Shown here one piece after another: positions 1 through 9,966 of a stretch of 64,000 nucleotides of DNA; the stretch's first letter is position 1, and each line of letters starts with the position of its first letter. Both the position numbers and the translations under genes were made by a program. This stretch comes from Candidatus Eiseniibacteriota bacterium (GTDB lineage: Bacteria > Eisenbacteria > RBG-16-71-46 > SZUA-252), in contig QJVW01000069.1 of assembly GCA_003235575.1 (NCBI GenBank), forward strand, positions 9,131 through 73,130, written 5' to 3'. Below the pieces are notes generated by a model, which was given only the letters and a program-made list of their open reading frames with translations, made no database searches and had not been told where the DNA came from.

Positions 1-1050
1 GAGACGATCCTGATCGAGTCGTTCGACGTCGCCGACGGCCTTCTCCAGGACATCGTCGAAGAGGCGTACGAGGCCGGCGGAATCCCGCAGGTCTGCCTGC
101 GCCGCACCACCGTGCTGCGCCAGCTGCTGCTCCACGGCAGCGAGGCCCAGTTCCGGAAGCAGGCCGAGATCGACCTCTCGCAGATGAAGCAGGCGCAGGC
201 CTACGTCGGCCTCCGCGCGAGCGAGAATCTATCCGAGCTCTCCGACGTGCCGCCCGAGAACATGGCGCTGTACAGCAAACTCGTCATGAAGCCCGTTCAC
301 GCCGACTGGCGTGTCAAGAAGACGAAGTGGGTGGTCCTCCGGTACCCGAACGCCTCCATGGCGCAGGCGGCCAACATGAGCACCGCGGCGTTCGAGGAGT
401 ACTTCTACACCGTCTGCAACGTCGACTACGACAAGATGAGCGAGGCGATCCGCCCCCTGGTCGCGCGCATGGAGAAGACCGATCGCGTCCACATCAAGGG
501 GCCGGGAAAGACCGACCTGCGCTTCAGCATCAAGAACATCGGCGTCGTGCCGTGCGCCGGAGCGCGGAACATCCCCGACGGCGAGTGCTTCTCCGCGCCG
601 GTCCGGGATTCCGTGGAAGGGACCATCGCCTACAACACCCAGACGCTCTATCAGGGCGCGATCTTCGAGGACGTGGTGCTGACGTTCGAGGGCGGAAAGG
701 TCGTGAAAGCGGAAGCGAACGAGACCGAGCGCATCAACAAGATCCTCGATCAGGACGAGGGGGCGCGCTACGTCGGCGAGTTCTCGCTCGGATTCAATCC
801 GATGATCCGGGAGCCGATACGGGACACCCTGTTCGACGAGAAGATCGCCGGGTCCCTCCATTTCACGCCCGGCCAGGCGTACGAGGAGACCGACAACGGA
901 AACCGTTCCCAGGTCCACTGGGACATGGTGCTCATCCAGCGCCCCGAATACGGCGGCGGCGAGGTCTGGTTCGACGGCGAGCTGGTCCGGAAGGACGGCC
1001 GGTTCGTGGTGCCCGATTTGGAAGGGCTGAACCCGGAACGGCTAGCCTAA
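1..1050 (+). CDS. M29-family aminopeptidase (AmpS/PepS-like), 5' end truncated by window edge
   Basis: Frame 1 is open from nt 1 with no stop (ETILIESFDVADGLL...) and continues into the 112..1050 ORF. Translation resembles thermophilic metalloprotease/aminopeptidase II family by eye (from memory). Confidence 0.6.
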   Translation, partial: ETILIESFDVADGLLQDIVEEAYEAGGIPQVCLRRTTVLRQLLLHGSEAQFRKQAEIDLSQMKQAQAYVGLRASENLSELSDVPPENMALYSKLVMKPVHADWRVKKTKWVVLRYPNASMAQAANMSTAAFEEYFYTVCNVDYDKMSEAIRPLVARMEKTDRVHIKGPGKTDLRFSIKNIGVVPCAGARNIPDGECFSAPVRDSVEGTIAYNTQTLYQGAIFEDVVLTFEGGKVVKAEANETERINKILDQDEGARYVGEFSLGFNPMIREPIRDTLFDEKIAGSLHFTPGQAYEETDNGNRSQVHWDMVLIQRPEYGGGEVWFDGELVRKDGRFVVPDLEGLNPERLA

Positions 1051-1113
1051 GGGCGCCGGAGCGACGTTCGGCGCGAAACCCCGCGCGGCCCGCGTGAGGG
1101 CCGACGTTTCCGG

Positions 1114-1536
1114 CTAGCGCAGGGCGGCGTCCATCGTGATCTTGGCGTTCAGGAGACGCGAGATCGGACAGCCGGCCTTCGCCTTCTCGGCGGCGGCCTG
1201 GAACGCGGCCGGATCGGCGCCCGGAATCGCGGCGACCACCTTGAGGTGGACGGCCGTGACCGTGAAGCCGGCATCGGTCTTCTCCAGCGTCACCGTGGCG
1301 GTCGTCTCGATCGCCTCGGCGGTCATGGACGATTCGCCCAGGACGCCCGACAGGGCCATCGAGTAGCAACCGGCATGCGCGGCCCCGACCAGCTCCTCGG
1401 GGTTCGTGCCCTGTCCGCTCTCGAATCGCGCCGCGAACGAATATGCCTTGTCCTTCAGGGCGCCGCTCTCGGTCGAGACCGTTCCCTTGCCGTCCTTCAG
1501 TCCACCCTTCCATACCGCCGATCCCGATCGCTTCAT
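1114..1536 (-). CDS. osmC: OsmC/Ohr-family peroxiredoxin-like protein
   Basis: 141-aa core starting MKRSGSAVWKGGLKDGKGTVSTESG with C-terminal ...AKAGCPISRLLNA, typical of OsmC. The ORF-track N-terminal extension (MPEDRR...) is probably not translated. Confidence 0.7.
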   Translation of the reverse strand: MKRSGSAVWKGGLKDGKGTVSTESGALKDKAYSFAARFESGQGTNPEELVGAAHAGCYSMALSGVLGESSMTAEAIETTATVTLEKTDAGFTVTAVHLKVVAAIPGADPAAFQAAAEKAKAGCPISRLLNAKITMDAALR

Positions 1537-1580
1537 TCGCGTTCCTCCCAAGCGGGCCGCGTGGGGCCCGAGCCGTGTGG

Positions 1581-2912
1581 TTATCCGTTCAGCGTTCCCA
1601 TCAGTCCTTCGACGGTCTTTCGGATCTCCTTGTCGTTCGCCATCAGCCCTTCGATCTTCTGGCACGCGTGGAGAACGGTGGTGTGATCGCGGCCGCCGAA
1701 CTTGGCGCCGATCTCGGCAAGCGAGAGGTCGGTGATGTTGCGCGCGATGTACATGCCGATCTGGCGGGGAAACGCGATCGTGTCCGTGCGTCGCTTTCCG
1801 CGGAGCGATTCCTCGGTGACGCTGAATTGCCTCGCGACCAGTCGCTGGATGTCGTGGACGTCCACCCGTTGTAGGTCCGGCTGGATCTGGTCGCGCAGCA
1901 CTTCCTGCGCGAATTCGACCGTCAAGGGCTGGCTCGTTAGATCGGAGAAGGCGAGCAGGCGCGCCAGGGACCCCTCGAGATCGCGGATGTTCGTCTTGAT
2001 GTTGCTGGCGAGTAGGAGCGCGATTTCATTGGGAAGACTCCGTCCCTGCATCTCGGCCTTCTTCTTCACGATCGCCACGCGGGTCTCCAGGTCCGGCGCC
2101 TGCAGATCCGCGACCACGCCCCACGTGAAGCGCGAAACCAGGCGCTCCTGGAGCGCGGTCATCGAGTTCGGCGGTCCGTCGCTCGTCAGAACGATCTGCT
2201 TCTTGGCGTCGTGAAGCGCATTGAAGGTGTGAAAGAACTCCTCCTGCGTCGATTCCTTGCCCGCCAGGAACTGGATGTCGTCGATGAGGAGCACGTCGGC
2301 GGTGCGGTAGCGGCTCTTGAAGTCGAGCGTCGTGGCGTGCTGGATCGCGTAGATCATCTCGTTCATGAACTTCTCGGCCGAGACGAAGAAGACGCGCGCG
2401 CCCGGCTTCACCAGGCGAACCTGGTGTCCGATCGAGTGCATGAGGTGCGTCTTGCCGAGCCCCACGCCGCCGTAGAGAAAGAGCGGGTTGTACCGCGTTC
2501 CGGGGCTCTGCGCCACGGCCTGACAGACGGCGTGCGCGAACTGATTGCCGCTGCCGACGATGAACGAATCGAAGGTGTTGTGCGGGATCAGGCTGCTTTC
2601 GTCTCGGGACGGGGGCAGCGGTTGCGGCTGGTGTTCCTCGATCGGCGCTTCCGCCTCCGCCCGGATTTGAAAGGAGACCCCCGCGGGCTGCCCGGTCACC
2701 GCCGAGAGCGACGACTCGATGAGCGAGCGGTAGTGCTGGTCGAGCCAGTCCACGTAGAACGGACTCGGCACCTCCAGCAGCAGCGTCCGGCCATCGAACT
2801 CCAGCGGCGCCAGCGCGCGGAACCATGTTTCGTACGTCTGGCTCGTGAGATTGGACTGAATCCGCGCGATCGCGCGATCCCACACGTCGGTGGCGACCAT
2901 CGTTTCCATCAT
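1581..2912 (-). CDS. dnaA: chromosomal replication initiator protein DnaA
   Basis: 443 aa with Walker A GGVGLGKTHLMHSIGH, an AAA+ core and a C-terminal DNA-binding region (ARNITDLSLAEIGAKFGGRDHTTVLHA). Lies adjacent to a DnaA-box cluster. Confidence 0.95.
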   Translation of the reverse strand: MMETMVATDVWDRAIARIQSNLTSQTYETWFRALAPLEFDGRTLLLEVPSPFYVDWLDQHYRSLIESSLSAVTGQPAGVSFQIRAEAEAPIEEHQPQPLPPSRDESSLIPHNTFDSFIVGSGNQFAHAVCQAVAQSPGTRYNPLFLYGGVGLGKTHLMHSIGHQVRLVKPGARVFFVSAEKFMNEMIYAIQHATTLDFKSRYRTADVLLIDDIQFLAGKESTQEEFFHTFNALHDAKKQIVLTSDGPPNSMTALQERLVSRFTWGVVADLQAPDLETRVAIVKKKAEMQGRSLPNEIALLLASNIKTNIRDLEGSLARLLAFSDLTSQPLTVEFAQEVLRDQIQPDLQRVDVHDIQRLVARQFSVTEESLRGKRRTDTIAFPRQIGMYIARNITDLSLAEIGAKFGGRDHTTVLHACQKIEGLMANDKEIRKTVEGLMGTLNG

Positions 2913-2948
2913 CGTTTCATCCCCATGTCTTCACACCCTCTCCACGCA

Positions 2949-2969
2949 TTATCCACATACTTATCCACA
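2949..2969. promoter_or_regulatory. Two perfect DnaA boxes TTATCCACA (2949..2957 and 2961..2969) in the dnaA upstream region (oriC / autoregulatory site)
   Basis: Exact 9-mers TTATCCACA read directly on the + strand 37-57 bp upstream of the dnaA start. They lie between a -35-like TTGACT (minus strand, = 2970..2975) and a -10-like GATAAT (minus strand, = 2948..2953). Confidence 0.8.
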
Positions 2970-2977
2970 AGTCAAAA

Positions 2978-3013
2978 GGGGCGTAACGATCGCATTTCTA
3001 CGACGTTACGCCC
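2978..3013. promoter_or_regulatory. Perfect 11-bp inverted repeat GGGGCGTAACG (14-bp spacer) CGTTACGCCCC within the dnaA-rpmH intergenic/oriC region
   Basis: Read directly: ggggcgtaacg at 2978..2988 and cgttacgcccc at 3003..3013. On the minus strand it is followed by TTTTGAC, giving a hairpin/operator or terminator-like structure. Confidence 0.5.
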
Positions 3014-3323
3014 CAAAGTGTTTGAACTTCGGCAAGCGCCGATCACAGCATTCAGAACCCCGGTGAAGCACGGCGCGCGAGGGCGCGCCCAGGAGGAGTG
3101 GATTGGCGGGCCCTCGACGCCACAAGCTTCGTAGCGCGGTGGGTCCGCGAGGGGCGCAATGTACGCCCGGCGGCCCCGCGCTCGCAACGCAAAACTACGC
3201 GACACCACTCCGGTGCACGTCGGGGCGCGCCGAGATGCCCGTTGACCATTCCTCCATCTCTCCGATACACTCCAAGGCTCTCGCTTTGCAGTACCGATTC
3301 CACCCAGACCGAGGCTTTTCGAA

Positions 3324-3458
3324 GTGAAGCGCACCTTTCAACCGCACAATCGCCGCCGGAAGAAGGTCCATGGATTCCGGGCCCGCATGAGCACCCGTGG
3401 TGGCCGCGCCGTTCTCAACAGGCGTCGCGCCCGCGGGCGCAAACGCCTCACGCCCTGA
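3324..3458 (+). CDS. rpmH: 50S ribosomal protein L34
   Basis: GTG start; translation [44 protein letters not shown] is a near-consensus L34. Not in the ORF track (below length cutoff). Canonical position divergent from dnaA and upstream of rnpA. Confidence 0.95.
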   Translation: MKRTFQPHNRRRKKVHGFRARMSTRGGRAVLNRRRARGRKRLTP

Positions 3459-3483
3459 CACGGAAGTACCGGGCGACAAATCC

Positions 3484-3831
3484 GTGGCAGGCGCGATCTC
3501 GACGCGTGATCGCCGCCTTCGCCAAGGGTGGCAATTCCGCGAAGTGTACCGTTCCGGGGCGTCCCTGAGCGGCAAGCTGATGACGCTGGTCAGCCTTGCC
3601 CGCGCGGAGGGGCATGGCATGGTCGCGTTCGTGGCCAGCCGGAGGGTAGGAGGCGCCGTCCAGCGCAACCGCGCCAAGCGGCTCATGCGCGAGGCGTTTC
3701 GCGCGGCCGCGCCGGACTGGCGAGATGAAGCACGCTGGCGAGTTTGGATCGCCCGAGCCGCATGCTCCCGATCCCGTCTCGCGGAGGTTTCCGTCGAAAT
3801 GGCACGCCTGCTCGGAATGGAGCGCCGATGA
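3484..3831 (+). CDS. rnpA: ribonuclease P protein component
   Basis: Motifs FREVYRSGASLSGKLMTLV and VASRRVGGAVQRNRAKRLMREAFR are typical of RnpA and the gene follows rpmH. GTG start at 3484 chosen, since the ORF-track start at 3397 overlaps rpmH. Confidence 0.8.
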   Translation: MAGAISTRDRRLRQGWQFREVYRSGASLSGKLMTLVSLARAEGHGMVAFVASRRVGGAVQRNRAKRLMREAFRAAAPDWRDEARWRVWIARAACSRSRLAEVSVEMARLLGMERR

Positions 3832-4091
3832 ACACCGCCACCGTCTCGACGTTGGGCCGCGCGGCGCGTGCGGGATTCGGACTTCGTCCGCTTCTTCTCT
3901 TTCTCGTTCGGAGCTATCGGTCCGTGATTTCACCCGCGCTTCCGCGCTCCTGTCGATTTCATCCTAGTTGCGCCGCCTACGCCGAGGAATCGCTACGGCG
4001 GCACCCGCTGCCCCGCGCGATCTGGCTGACCATTCGCCGGATCCTCCGATGCCACCCCTTCCATCCAGGAGGTTACGACCCCGTCCCCTAA
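3828..4091 (+). CDS. yidD: membrane protein insertion efficiency factor YidD
   Basis: YRSVISPALPRSCRFHPSCAAYAEESL...RRILRCHPFHPGGYDPVP matches the YidD signature. ATGA overlap with the rnpA stop. Confidence 0.85.
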   Translation: MNTATVSTLGRAARAGFGLRPLLLFLVRSYRSVISPALPRSCRFHPSCAAYAEESLRRHPLPRAIWLTIRRILRCHPFHPGGYDPVP

Positions 4092-4113
4092 GGGGGAGCG
4101 TGGTCGCTGGTTC

Positions 4114-5826
4114 ATGGACAAGAGAACCCTTGCTGCCATTCTGCTGATCCTGGGCGTACTGCTGGTCGACTCCGTTTGGTGGTCGCAGCGAACGCGCCAG
4201 CGCGTTCCCGCTCCACCCGACTCGACCAGCGCCCTCGTGACCCCGGGCGCCGAATCCGGCGCCGGCTCCGTCCCGGGTGCGACAGGCGCCACAGGCGCCG
4301 TCGAGGCGCCGGCCGTCATGCCCCCCGAGACCACCTCGGGGAGCAGCGCTACCGTGCCTGGCGCGCCGACCGTCACCGGCGAGACCGCCGTATCGACGCG
4401 CATCGCGTCCGCCCCGGTCGAAGAGCACCACCTGAAGACCAAGGTGTTCGACGCGACCCTGTCGAGTGAAGGCGGGGCCGTGACGTCCTGGGTCTTGGCG
4501 GACTACACCGATCCCGCGACGAAGAAGCCCGTGGACCTGGTCCGGCTGGGTCGTAGCGCCGTGCATGTGGCCGTATCGGCCGGCGACGCCACGTTCGATT
4601 TCACGAACGCGCCATTCCAAGTCGTGGACTACGACGGGATGCGCGGCCGTGTGGGATTCGAGGCCGTCGATTCCAGCGGCGTTCGGGTTCGGAAGACCTA
4701 TCGCCTTACCGATGATCCTTCCCTTCTCGACCTTGAAGTTCGCGTGTCCGCGCCCGCGGGACTCGGTCCGATCCGCTACCGGCTCGGCTGGGGAGCGCCG
4801 CTCCCGCTCACCGAGCGCTCGGCGAAGACGCAGGAGCTCAAGGGGACCGCGCTCCTCGGTGAGAAGATGGTGGCCCTCGACACGAAGGGCCTAGGCAAGG
4901 AGGGCTTCAAGGTAGAGAACGGAAACGTCCGCTGGGCGGGCGACCGGAGCAAGTACTTCGTCGCCGCGATTATCCCCGATTCGCAGACGGTGGAGCAGGT
5001 CGCGTTCTTCCCCGCGGAAGACGGCAGCGCCAATGCCTGGCTGACGGGCGCCGCGACGCCGGGCGCCGAGGTCGTGCGCCACGCGCGTCTCTACGCCGGC
5101 GCGATCCACTACGACACATTGATCGGGGTCGGCTATGGGATGGACCGCCTGGTGAACCTCGGCTGGTCCTGGCTTCAGCCGATCAGCCGATTCCTTTTGA
5201 AGTGCCTTCTCCTCCTCTACCAGTGGATCCCCAACTACGGCGTGGGGATCATCATCCTGAGCATCGCGACCAAGATCGTCTTCTATCCGCTGACGCAGTC
5301 GAGCCTTCGGACGATGAAGATCATGCACCGGCTCCAGCCGCGCATGAACGAGATTCGCGAGAAGCACAAGGACGACCCCGCCAAGATGAACACCGCCGTC
5401 ATGGCGCTCTACAAGGAGCACAAGGTCAACCCGCTGGGCGGATGTCTTCCGATGCTCCTGCAGATTCCGGTCTTCTTCGCGCTCTATCAGGTTTTCCTGA
5501 ACGCCGTGGAGCTGCGCGCCGCCTTCTTCATCGGCCACATCCACGACCTTTCGGCGCCGGACGTCCTCTTCATGCTCGGACCGCTGCCGATCTCGCTCAT
5601 GCCGATCCTGATGACGATCAGCACGTTCTGGATGCAGATGCTGACGCCGACCGATCCGAAACAGCGGCCGCTGATGATGATGATGCCGCTGATGATGCTC
5701 TTCATCATGTATAGTCTGCCCTCGGGCGTTATTCTCTATTGGACCGTCAACAATGTCCTCTCGGCCCTCCAGCAGCAGTGGGTAAACCACGTGGACGACC
5801 GCCAAATGGCCGCGGCCTCAACGTAG
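4114..5826 (+). CDS. yidC: membrane protein insertase YidC
   Basis: 570 aa with N-terminal TM, a large periplasmic domain and a C-terminal 5-TM Oxa1 core (GVGIIILSIATKIVFYPLTQSS...MMPLMMLFIMYSLPSGVILYW). Confidence 0.9.
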   Translation: MDKRTLAAILLILGVLLVDSVWWSQRTRQRVPAPPDSTSALVTPGAESGAGSVPGATGATGAVEAPAVMPPETTSGSSATVPGAPTVTGETAVSTRIASAPVEEHHLKTKVFDATLSSEGGAVTSWVLADYTDPATKKPVDLVRLGRSAVHVAVSAGDATFDFTNAPFQVVDYDGMRGRVGFEAVDSSGVRVRKTYRLTDDPSLLDLEVRVSAPAGLGPIRYRLGWGAPLPLTERSAKTQELKGTALLGEKMVALDTKGLGKEGFKVENGNVRWAGDRSKYFVAAIIPDSQTVEQVAFFPAEDGSANAWLTGAATPGAEVVRHARLYAGAIHYDTLIGVGYGMDRLVNLGWSWLQPISRFLLKCLLLLYQWIPNYGVGIIILSIATKIVFYPLTQSSLRTMKIMHRLQPRMNEIREKHKDDPAKMNTAVMALYKEHKVNPLGGCLPMLLQIPVFFALYQVFLNAVELRAAFFIGHIHDLSAPDVLFMLGPLPISLMPILMTISTFWMQMLTPTDPKQRPLMMMMPLMMLFIMYSLPSGVILYWTVNNVLSALQQQWVNHVDDRQMAAAST

Positions 5827-5834
5827 CGACCGGA

Positions 5835-6665
5835 ATGGGAAGCGAAGCCATGGATCAGCCGACGACCGACGAATCGATCGATATCGAAGCCGCCTCGTAC
5901 CCCGAGGCCATCGCCGAAGCCTGCTCGCGTCTTGGTCTCACGTCGGCGGAGCTCGCCATCGACCTCGTCGATCCGGGTTCGTCCGAGTCGTCGCGCCTGG
6001 GATACCGCCCCGTGAAGGTGAAGGTGCGGCGGCGGGATCCTCAAGCAGCCCCCGACGGCGCCGGGCGCGCACCCTCGCGGAGCCGGAGCGGCGGAGAATC
6101 CGATTACGCGCGCGGACACCGCGACAGCTCGCATCGCGCCCGTCCGCGCGATTCCGGACCCCCGCCTCCTCCCCTCGACCCGTCGTTGGTGACCCCGGAA
6201 ATGGTCACGATGGTCGGTGATTTGGTGCGTGGATTGGTGGAGACGATGCAATTCGAGGGCGCGACCGTGGAAGCATCCAAGTCGGCGCACGGAATCCGCG
6301 TCGGGGTGAACGCGGGCGAGTTCGACGATTTCCTGATCGGACCCGATGGCGAGACCTTGGCTGCGTTGCAGCACCTGCTGACCCGCATGGTGCGCTCGCG
6401 GATGCCCGGAAGCGCGGCTCCCCGGCTCGAAGTCGATGTCGCCGGTTACCGGGACCGCCAGATCGAGGCGCTACGCCAGATCGCCCGCGATCTCATGGCC
6501 GAAGTGCTGGGAGGGGCGCCGGAGGCCACGACCGATCCGCTGCCCGCCTCCGAGCGCCGCATCATTCACCTCGAAGTGGCCGAATCGACCGAGTGCGAAA
6601 CCGTCACCGTTGGGGACGGCTTCTATAAGCGCGTCATCATCCGCCGCGCCACGTCCAAGGAGTAA
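5835..6665 (+). CDS. jag: Jag/KhpB-like RNA-binding protein (KH + R3H domains)
   Basis: Canonical position after yidC. Contains an Arg/Pro-rich linker and a C-terminal ...GYRDRQIEALRQIARDLMAEV...ERRIIHLEVA (R3H-like). Confidence 0.7.
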   Translation: MGSEAMDQPTTDESIDIEAASYPEAIAEACSRLGLTSAELAIDLVDPGSSESSRLGYRPVKVKVRRRDPQAAPDGAGRAPSRSRSGGESDYARGHRDSSHRARPRDSGPPPPPLDPSLVTPEMVTMVGDLVRGLVETMQFEGATVEASKSAHGIRVGVNAGEFDDFLIGPDGETLAALQHLLTRMVRSRMPGSAAPRLEVDVAGYRDRQIEALRQIARDLMAEVLGGAPEATTDPLPASERRIIHLEVAESTECETVTVGDGFYKRVIIRRATSKE

Positions 6666-6712
6666 CCCTCCGGGCACCGCGCTCGTCGCGGCCGACCCGA
6701 AGCGCCCTCGCC

Positions 6713-8119
6713 ATGGCTCACTACGACACCATCGTCGCCACCGCCACGGCCCCCGGCGACGCGGCAATCGCGATCACGCGGCTCACGGGGCCCGATGCCC
6801 TGCCGCTTGCCGCGCGCCACTTTCGCGGTACGCGCTCTCCGCTCGATACGCCGTCCCATCGAATCCTCTTCGGTGATTTCGTGATCGAGGGCACTTCCCT
6901 CGACACGGTCCTGCTCTCGATCTTCCGGGCGCCGAACTCCTACACGGGCGAGGACGTCGTCGAAATATCGTCGCACGGTGGCAGCGCCATACCCCGCGCG
7001 GTGATGGAGGCGCTGATCGGCGCCGGGGCGCGCGCCGCGCGTCCAGGCGAATTCACGGAGCGCGCCTTCCGGAACGGCAAGCTCGACCTGGCCCAGGCCG
7101 AGTCGGTGGCTTCGCTCGTCCGCGCGCGCTCGGACCGCGCGGCCCGTGCGGCGCGTGCGACGCTCGGCGGCGAACTGACGCGGCGCATCGCGGCGCTCGA
7201 TGCCGAGATGGTCAGCCTTCTGGCCGAGGTGGAATCGCGAATCGATTTTCCCGCCGACGTTCGCGAGGCGGGCGATCTCCAGACGCTGGCGAATCGTTGC
7301 GCGGCGCTGGCGGAAGCGATCGGCGTCTGGTTGGACCGGCTTCCCTCCGCCCGCCGCCGCGAAGCGGGCGTGAGCGCGGCGATCCTCGGTGCGCCGAACG
7401 TCGGAAAGTCGAGCCTCCTGAACGCGCTCGCGGGATTCGACCGGGCGATCGTCAGCGATGCGCCCGGTACGACCCGTGACACGGTGGAGGCGTCGATCTG
7501 GTTGGACGGCATCGAACTCCGGTTGATCGACACCGCCGGCCTGCGGGAGGCGACCAGCCCCGAGGAACGGCTTGGCGTGGCGCGCACCGAGCGCGCCGCG
7601 GCGGAGGCGGATCTGGCGATCATGGTTCTCGACTGCACTCGTCCCGATGAAAGCGCGGCGGCCGGGGCCGTGGGCGCCGGCTTGGCGCCGCTTATCGTCG
7701 CCTGGAACAAGGCCGATCTCGCGGCGCCGGGCTCGTTCGACACCGGCGCGATCGGCCGCGCATCGGGATCGGCGGCCTCCGCGGCGCCGATCGCATGCGT
7801 CGAAACCGTCGCGGTGCGGGCCGGCGGCATCGATGCTCTGACGTCGGCGCTTCGTGCGGCGCTTCCCCGCGTGGTCGGCGATGCGGCGTCCGACGAGATC
7901 CCCACGACCAGCGCTCGACAGGAAGCGCTGCTCGTGGACGCGCACGAGGCGCTGGAGCGGGCCGGCGCGCAACTTGGCTCCGATCTCGAGCATGTCGCGT
8001 ACGATCTCGCGGCGGTCGACCTGACCGAGGCCCGTCGGGCGCTGGGTGAGGTCGTGGGCCGCGGCGTGGACGACGCGGTGGTCGCCGCCATCTTCGAACG
8101 TTTCTGCATCGGAAAGTGA
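6713..8119 (+). CDS. mnmE: tRNA modification GTPase MnmE
   Basis: N-terminal [23 protein letters not shown]-domain [14 protein letters not shown]...DAPGTTRD...DTAGLRE, and the C-terminal CIGK tetrapeptide typical of MnmE. Confidence 0.9.
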   Translation: MAHYDTIVATATAPGDAAIAITRLTGPDALPLAARHFRGTRSPLDTPSHRILFGDFVIEGTSLDTVLLSIFRAPNSYTGEDVVEISSHGGSAIPRAVMEALIGAGARAARPGEFTERAFRNGKLDLAQAESVASLVRARSDRAARAARATLGGELTRRIAALDAEMVSLLAEVESRIDFPADVREAGDLQTLANRCAALAEAIGVWLDRLPSARRREAGVSAAILGAPNVGKSSLLNALAGFDRAIVSDAPGTTRDTVEASIWLDGIELRLIDTAGLREATSPEERLGVARTERAAAEADLAIMVLDCTRPDESAAAGAVGAGLAPLIVAWNKADLAAPGSFDTGAIGRASGSAASAAPIACVETVAVRAGGIDALTSALRAALPRVVGDAASDEIPTTSARQEALLVDAHEALERAGAQLGSDLEHVAYDLAAVDLTEARRALGEVVGRGVDDAVVAAIFERFCIGK

Positions 8120-9966
8120 CGCCTATGAAGCAGCGCCACCCCTTGATCGTCGTCGGAGCCGGCCATGCGGGCTGCGAGGCGGCGTGCATCGCCGCGCGCC
8201 TCGGCGTGGAGGTCGCGCTCGTCACGATGAACTTCGACGCGATCGCCCACATGCCGTGCAATCCCGCGATCGGCGGACTGGCGAAGGGCCACCTGGTGCG
8301 CGAGATCGACGTGCTCGGCGGCATCATGGGGCGCATGGCCGACCGCGCGGGCATTCAATTCAAGATGCTGAACCGCGGCCGCGGACCGGCGGTCTGGTCC
8401 CCTCGCGCGCAGCAGGACAAGGCGCTCTACCGCTCCGTCGTCCGCGCACACCTCGACGCAACGCCGGGAATCACGCTCGTTCAGGGCCAGGTCACTTCGT
8501 TCGAGACCTCGGGCGGCCGCATCCGCGGCGTGCGGCTCGCCGACGGCGCCCTCCTCGAGGCGGATGCCGTGATCGTCACGCCCGGAACCTTTCTGAACGG
8601 AGTGCTCCACGTCGGCGACGAGACGGTCGCGGGCGGTCGCGTCGGCGAAGCGCCCGCGCGCGGTCTCTCCGATACGCTGACGGAGTTGGGCTTTAGCCTG
8701 ATTCGCCTCAAGACCGGGACTCCGCCGCGACTTCATCGTGACTCGATCGACTTCGATTCGCTGGAGACGCAGGAGGGCGAGTATCCACCGCGACCCTTCT
8801 CGCACTTCACCGAGTCCATCGACGTCGAGCAGATTCGCTGTCACTTGACCGCCACAACCGAGGAGACGCATCGCGTCGTCCGCGAGAATCTGCATCGCTC
8901 CCCGCTCTACACCGGAAAGATCCGCGGCATCGGCCCCCGGTACTGCCCTTCGGTCGAGGACAAGGTCGTGCGATTCGCCGACAAGCCGTCCCACCTGATC
9001 TTCCTGGAGCCCGAGGGGCGCCATGCGGTGGAGTACTACGTGAACGGCTTTTCGACCAGCCTCCCCGAGGAAGTTCAGCGGGAAATGCTGGCGACGATTC
9101 CCGGACTGGAGTCGGCGCAGTTGCTCCGCCCCGGTTATGCCGTGGAGTACGACTTCGTACCCCCGACGCAGCTGCGGCACACGCTGGAGACGCGGGTTGT
9201 CGCGGGGCTCTATCTCGCGGGACAGATCAACGGGACCTCCGGGTACGAGGAAGCCGCAGCCCAGGGACTGTGGGCCGGGATCAACGCGTCGCTTGCCCTG
9301 CAGGGTCGCGACCCCTGGGTGCTCCGCAGAGATGAGGCGTATATGGCTGTCCTAATTGACGATCTAGTCGTCAAAGGAACGGAGGAGCCGTACCGGATGT
9401 TCACGTCCAGCGCGGAGCACCGACTCTTGCTGCGTCAGGACAATGCGGACGAGCGACTGCTCCGGCACGCCGAGCAGCTAGGGACGATCAGCCCTGAGGA
9501 GTCGCGGCGGTTGCGCCAGCGGGGCGAACACCGGGTCGAGGCGCGCCGCCGCCTGCGCGCGACTACCCACCACGAGGACCCGCCGCGCGCCAACCCGATG
9601 ACCGTGGCGCACGCGCTCCGCGGCAACGGCATGACGCTCGCGAGCGCGGTGAGCCTGCCTGCCCTTGCCGATCTGGAGTCCCAGGCGGTAGAGTCGGCCG
9701 TCATCGAGGCGATGTACGAGGGGTATATCGAACGCCAACACCGTGCCGTGGAGCGCGCCGAACACAATGAGTCCCTTCTGCTGGCCGAATCGATCTTTCA
9801 GGAAGCGCTCCCCGAACTGCCTGCGGAAGCACGCGAGAAGCTCCGCCACCTGCGGCCCCGGAGCGTCGGACAGGCGTCCCGAATCGCGGGAATATCGCCT
9901 GCGGATGTCTCGGTCCTAGCGATCTATGCCGAGCGAAACCGACGGAGGGGCGTACCCACTCCCTGA
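8116..9966 (+). CDS. mnmG: tRNA uridine 5-carboxymethylaminomethyl modification enzyme MnmG (GidA)
   Basis: FAD-binding N-terminus [19 protein letters not shown] and conserved GidA motifs ([21 protein letters not shown]). ATGA overlap with mnmE. Confidence 0.92.
   Translation: MTPMKQRHPLIVVGAGHAGCEAACIAARLGVEVALVTMNFDAIAHMPCNPAIGGLAKGHLVREIDVLGGIMGRMADRAGIQFKMLNRGRGPAVWSPRAQQDKALYRSVVRAHLDATPGITLVQGQVTSFETSGGRIRGVRLADGALLEADAVIVTPGTFLNGVLHVGDETVAGGRVGEAPARGLSDTLTELGFSLIRLKTGTPPRLHRDSIDFDSLETQEGEYPPRPFSHFTESIDVEQIRCHLTATTEETHRVVRENLHRSPLYTGKIRGIGPRYCPSVEDKVVRFADKPSHLIFLEPEGRHAVEYYVNGFSTSLPEEVQREMLATIPGLESAQLLRPGYAVEYDFVPPTQLRHTLETRVVAGLYLAGQINGTSGYEEAAAQGLWAGINASLALQGRDPWVLRRDEAYMAVLIDDLVVKGTEEPYRMFTSSAEHRLLLRQDNADERLLRHAEQLGTISPEESRRLRQRGEHRVEARRRLRATTHHEDPPRANPMTVAHALRGNGMTLASAVSLPALADLESQAVESAVIEAMYEGYIERQHRAVERAEHNESLLLAESIFQEALPELPAEAREKLRHLRPRSVGQASRIAGISPADVSVLAIYAERNRRRGVPTP

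Noticed and set aside
229-918. 229-aa minus-strand ORF
   Set aside because: Antisense to the M29 aminopeptidase gene.
6940-9180. 746-aa minus-strand ORF
   Set aside because: Antisense to mnmE/mnmG, which carry unambiguous G-domain and FAD motifs. Composition is Arg/Ala/Ser-rich junk.
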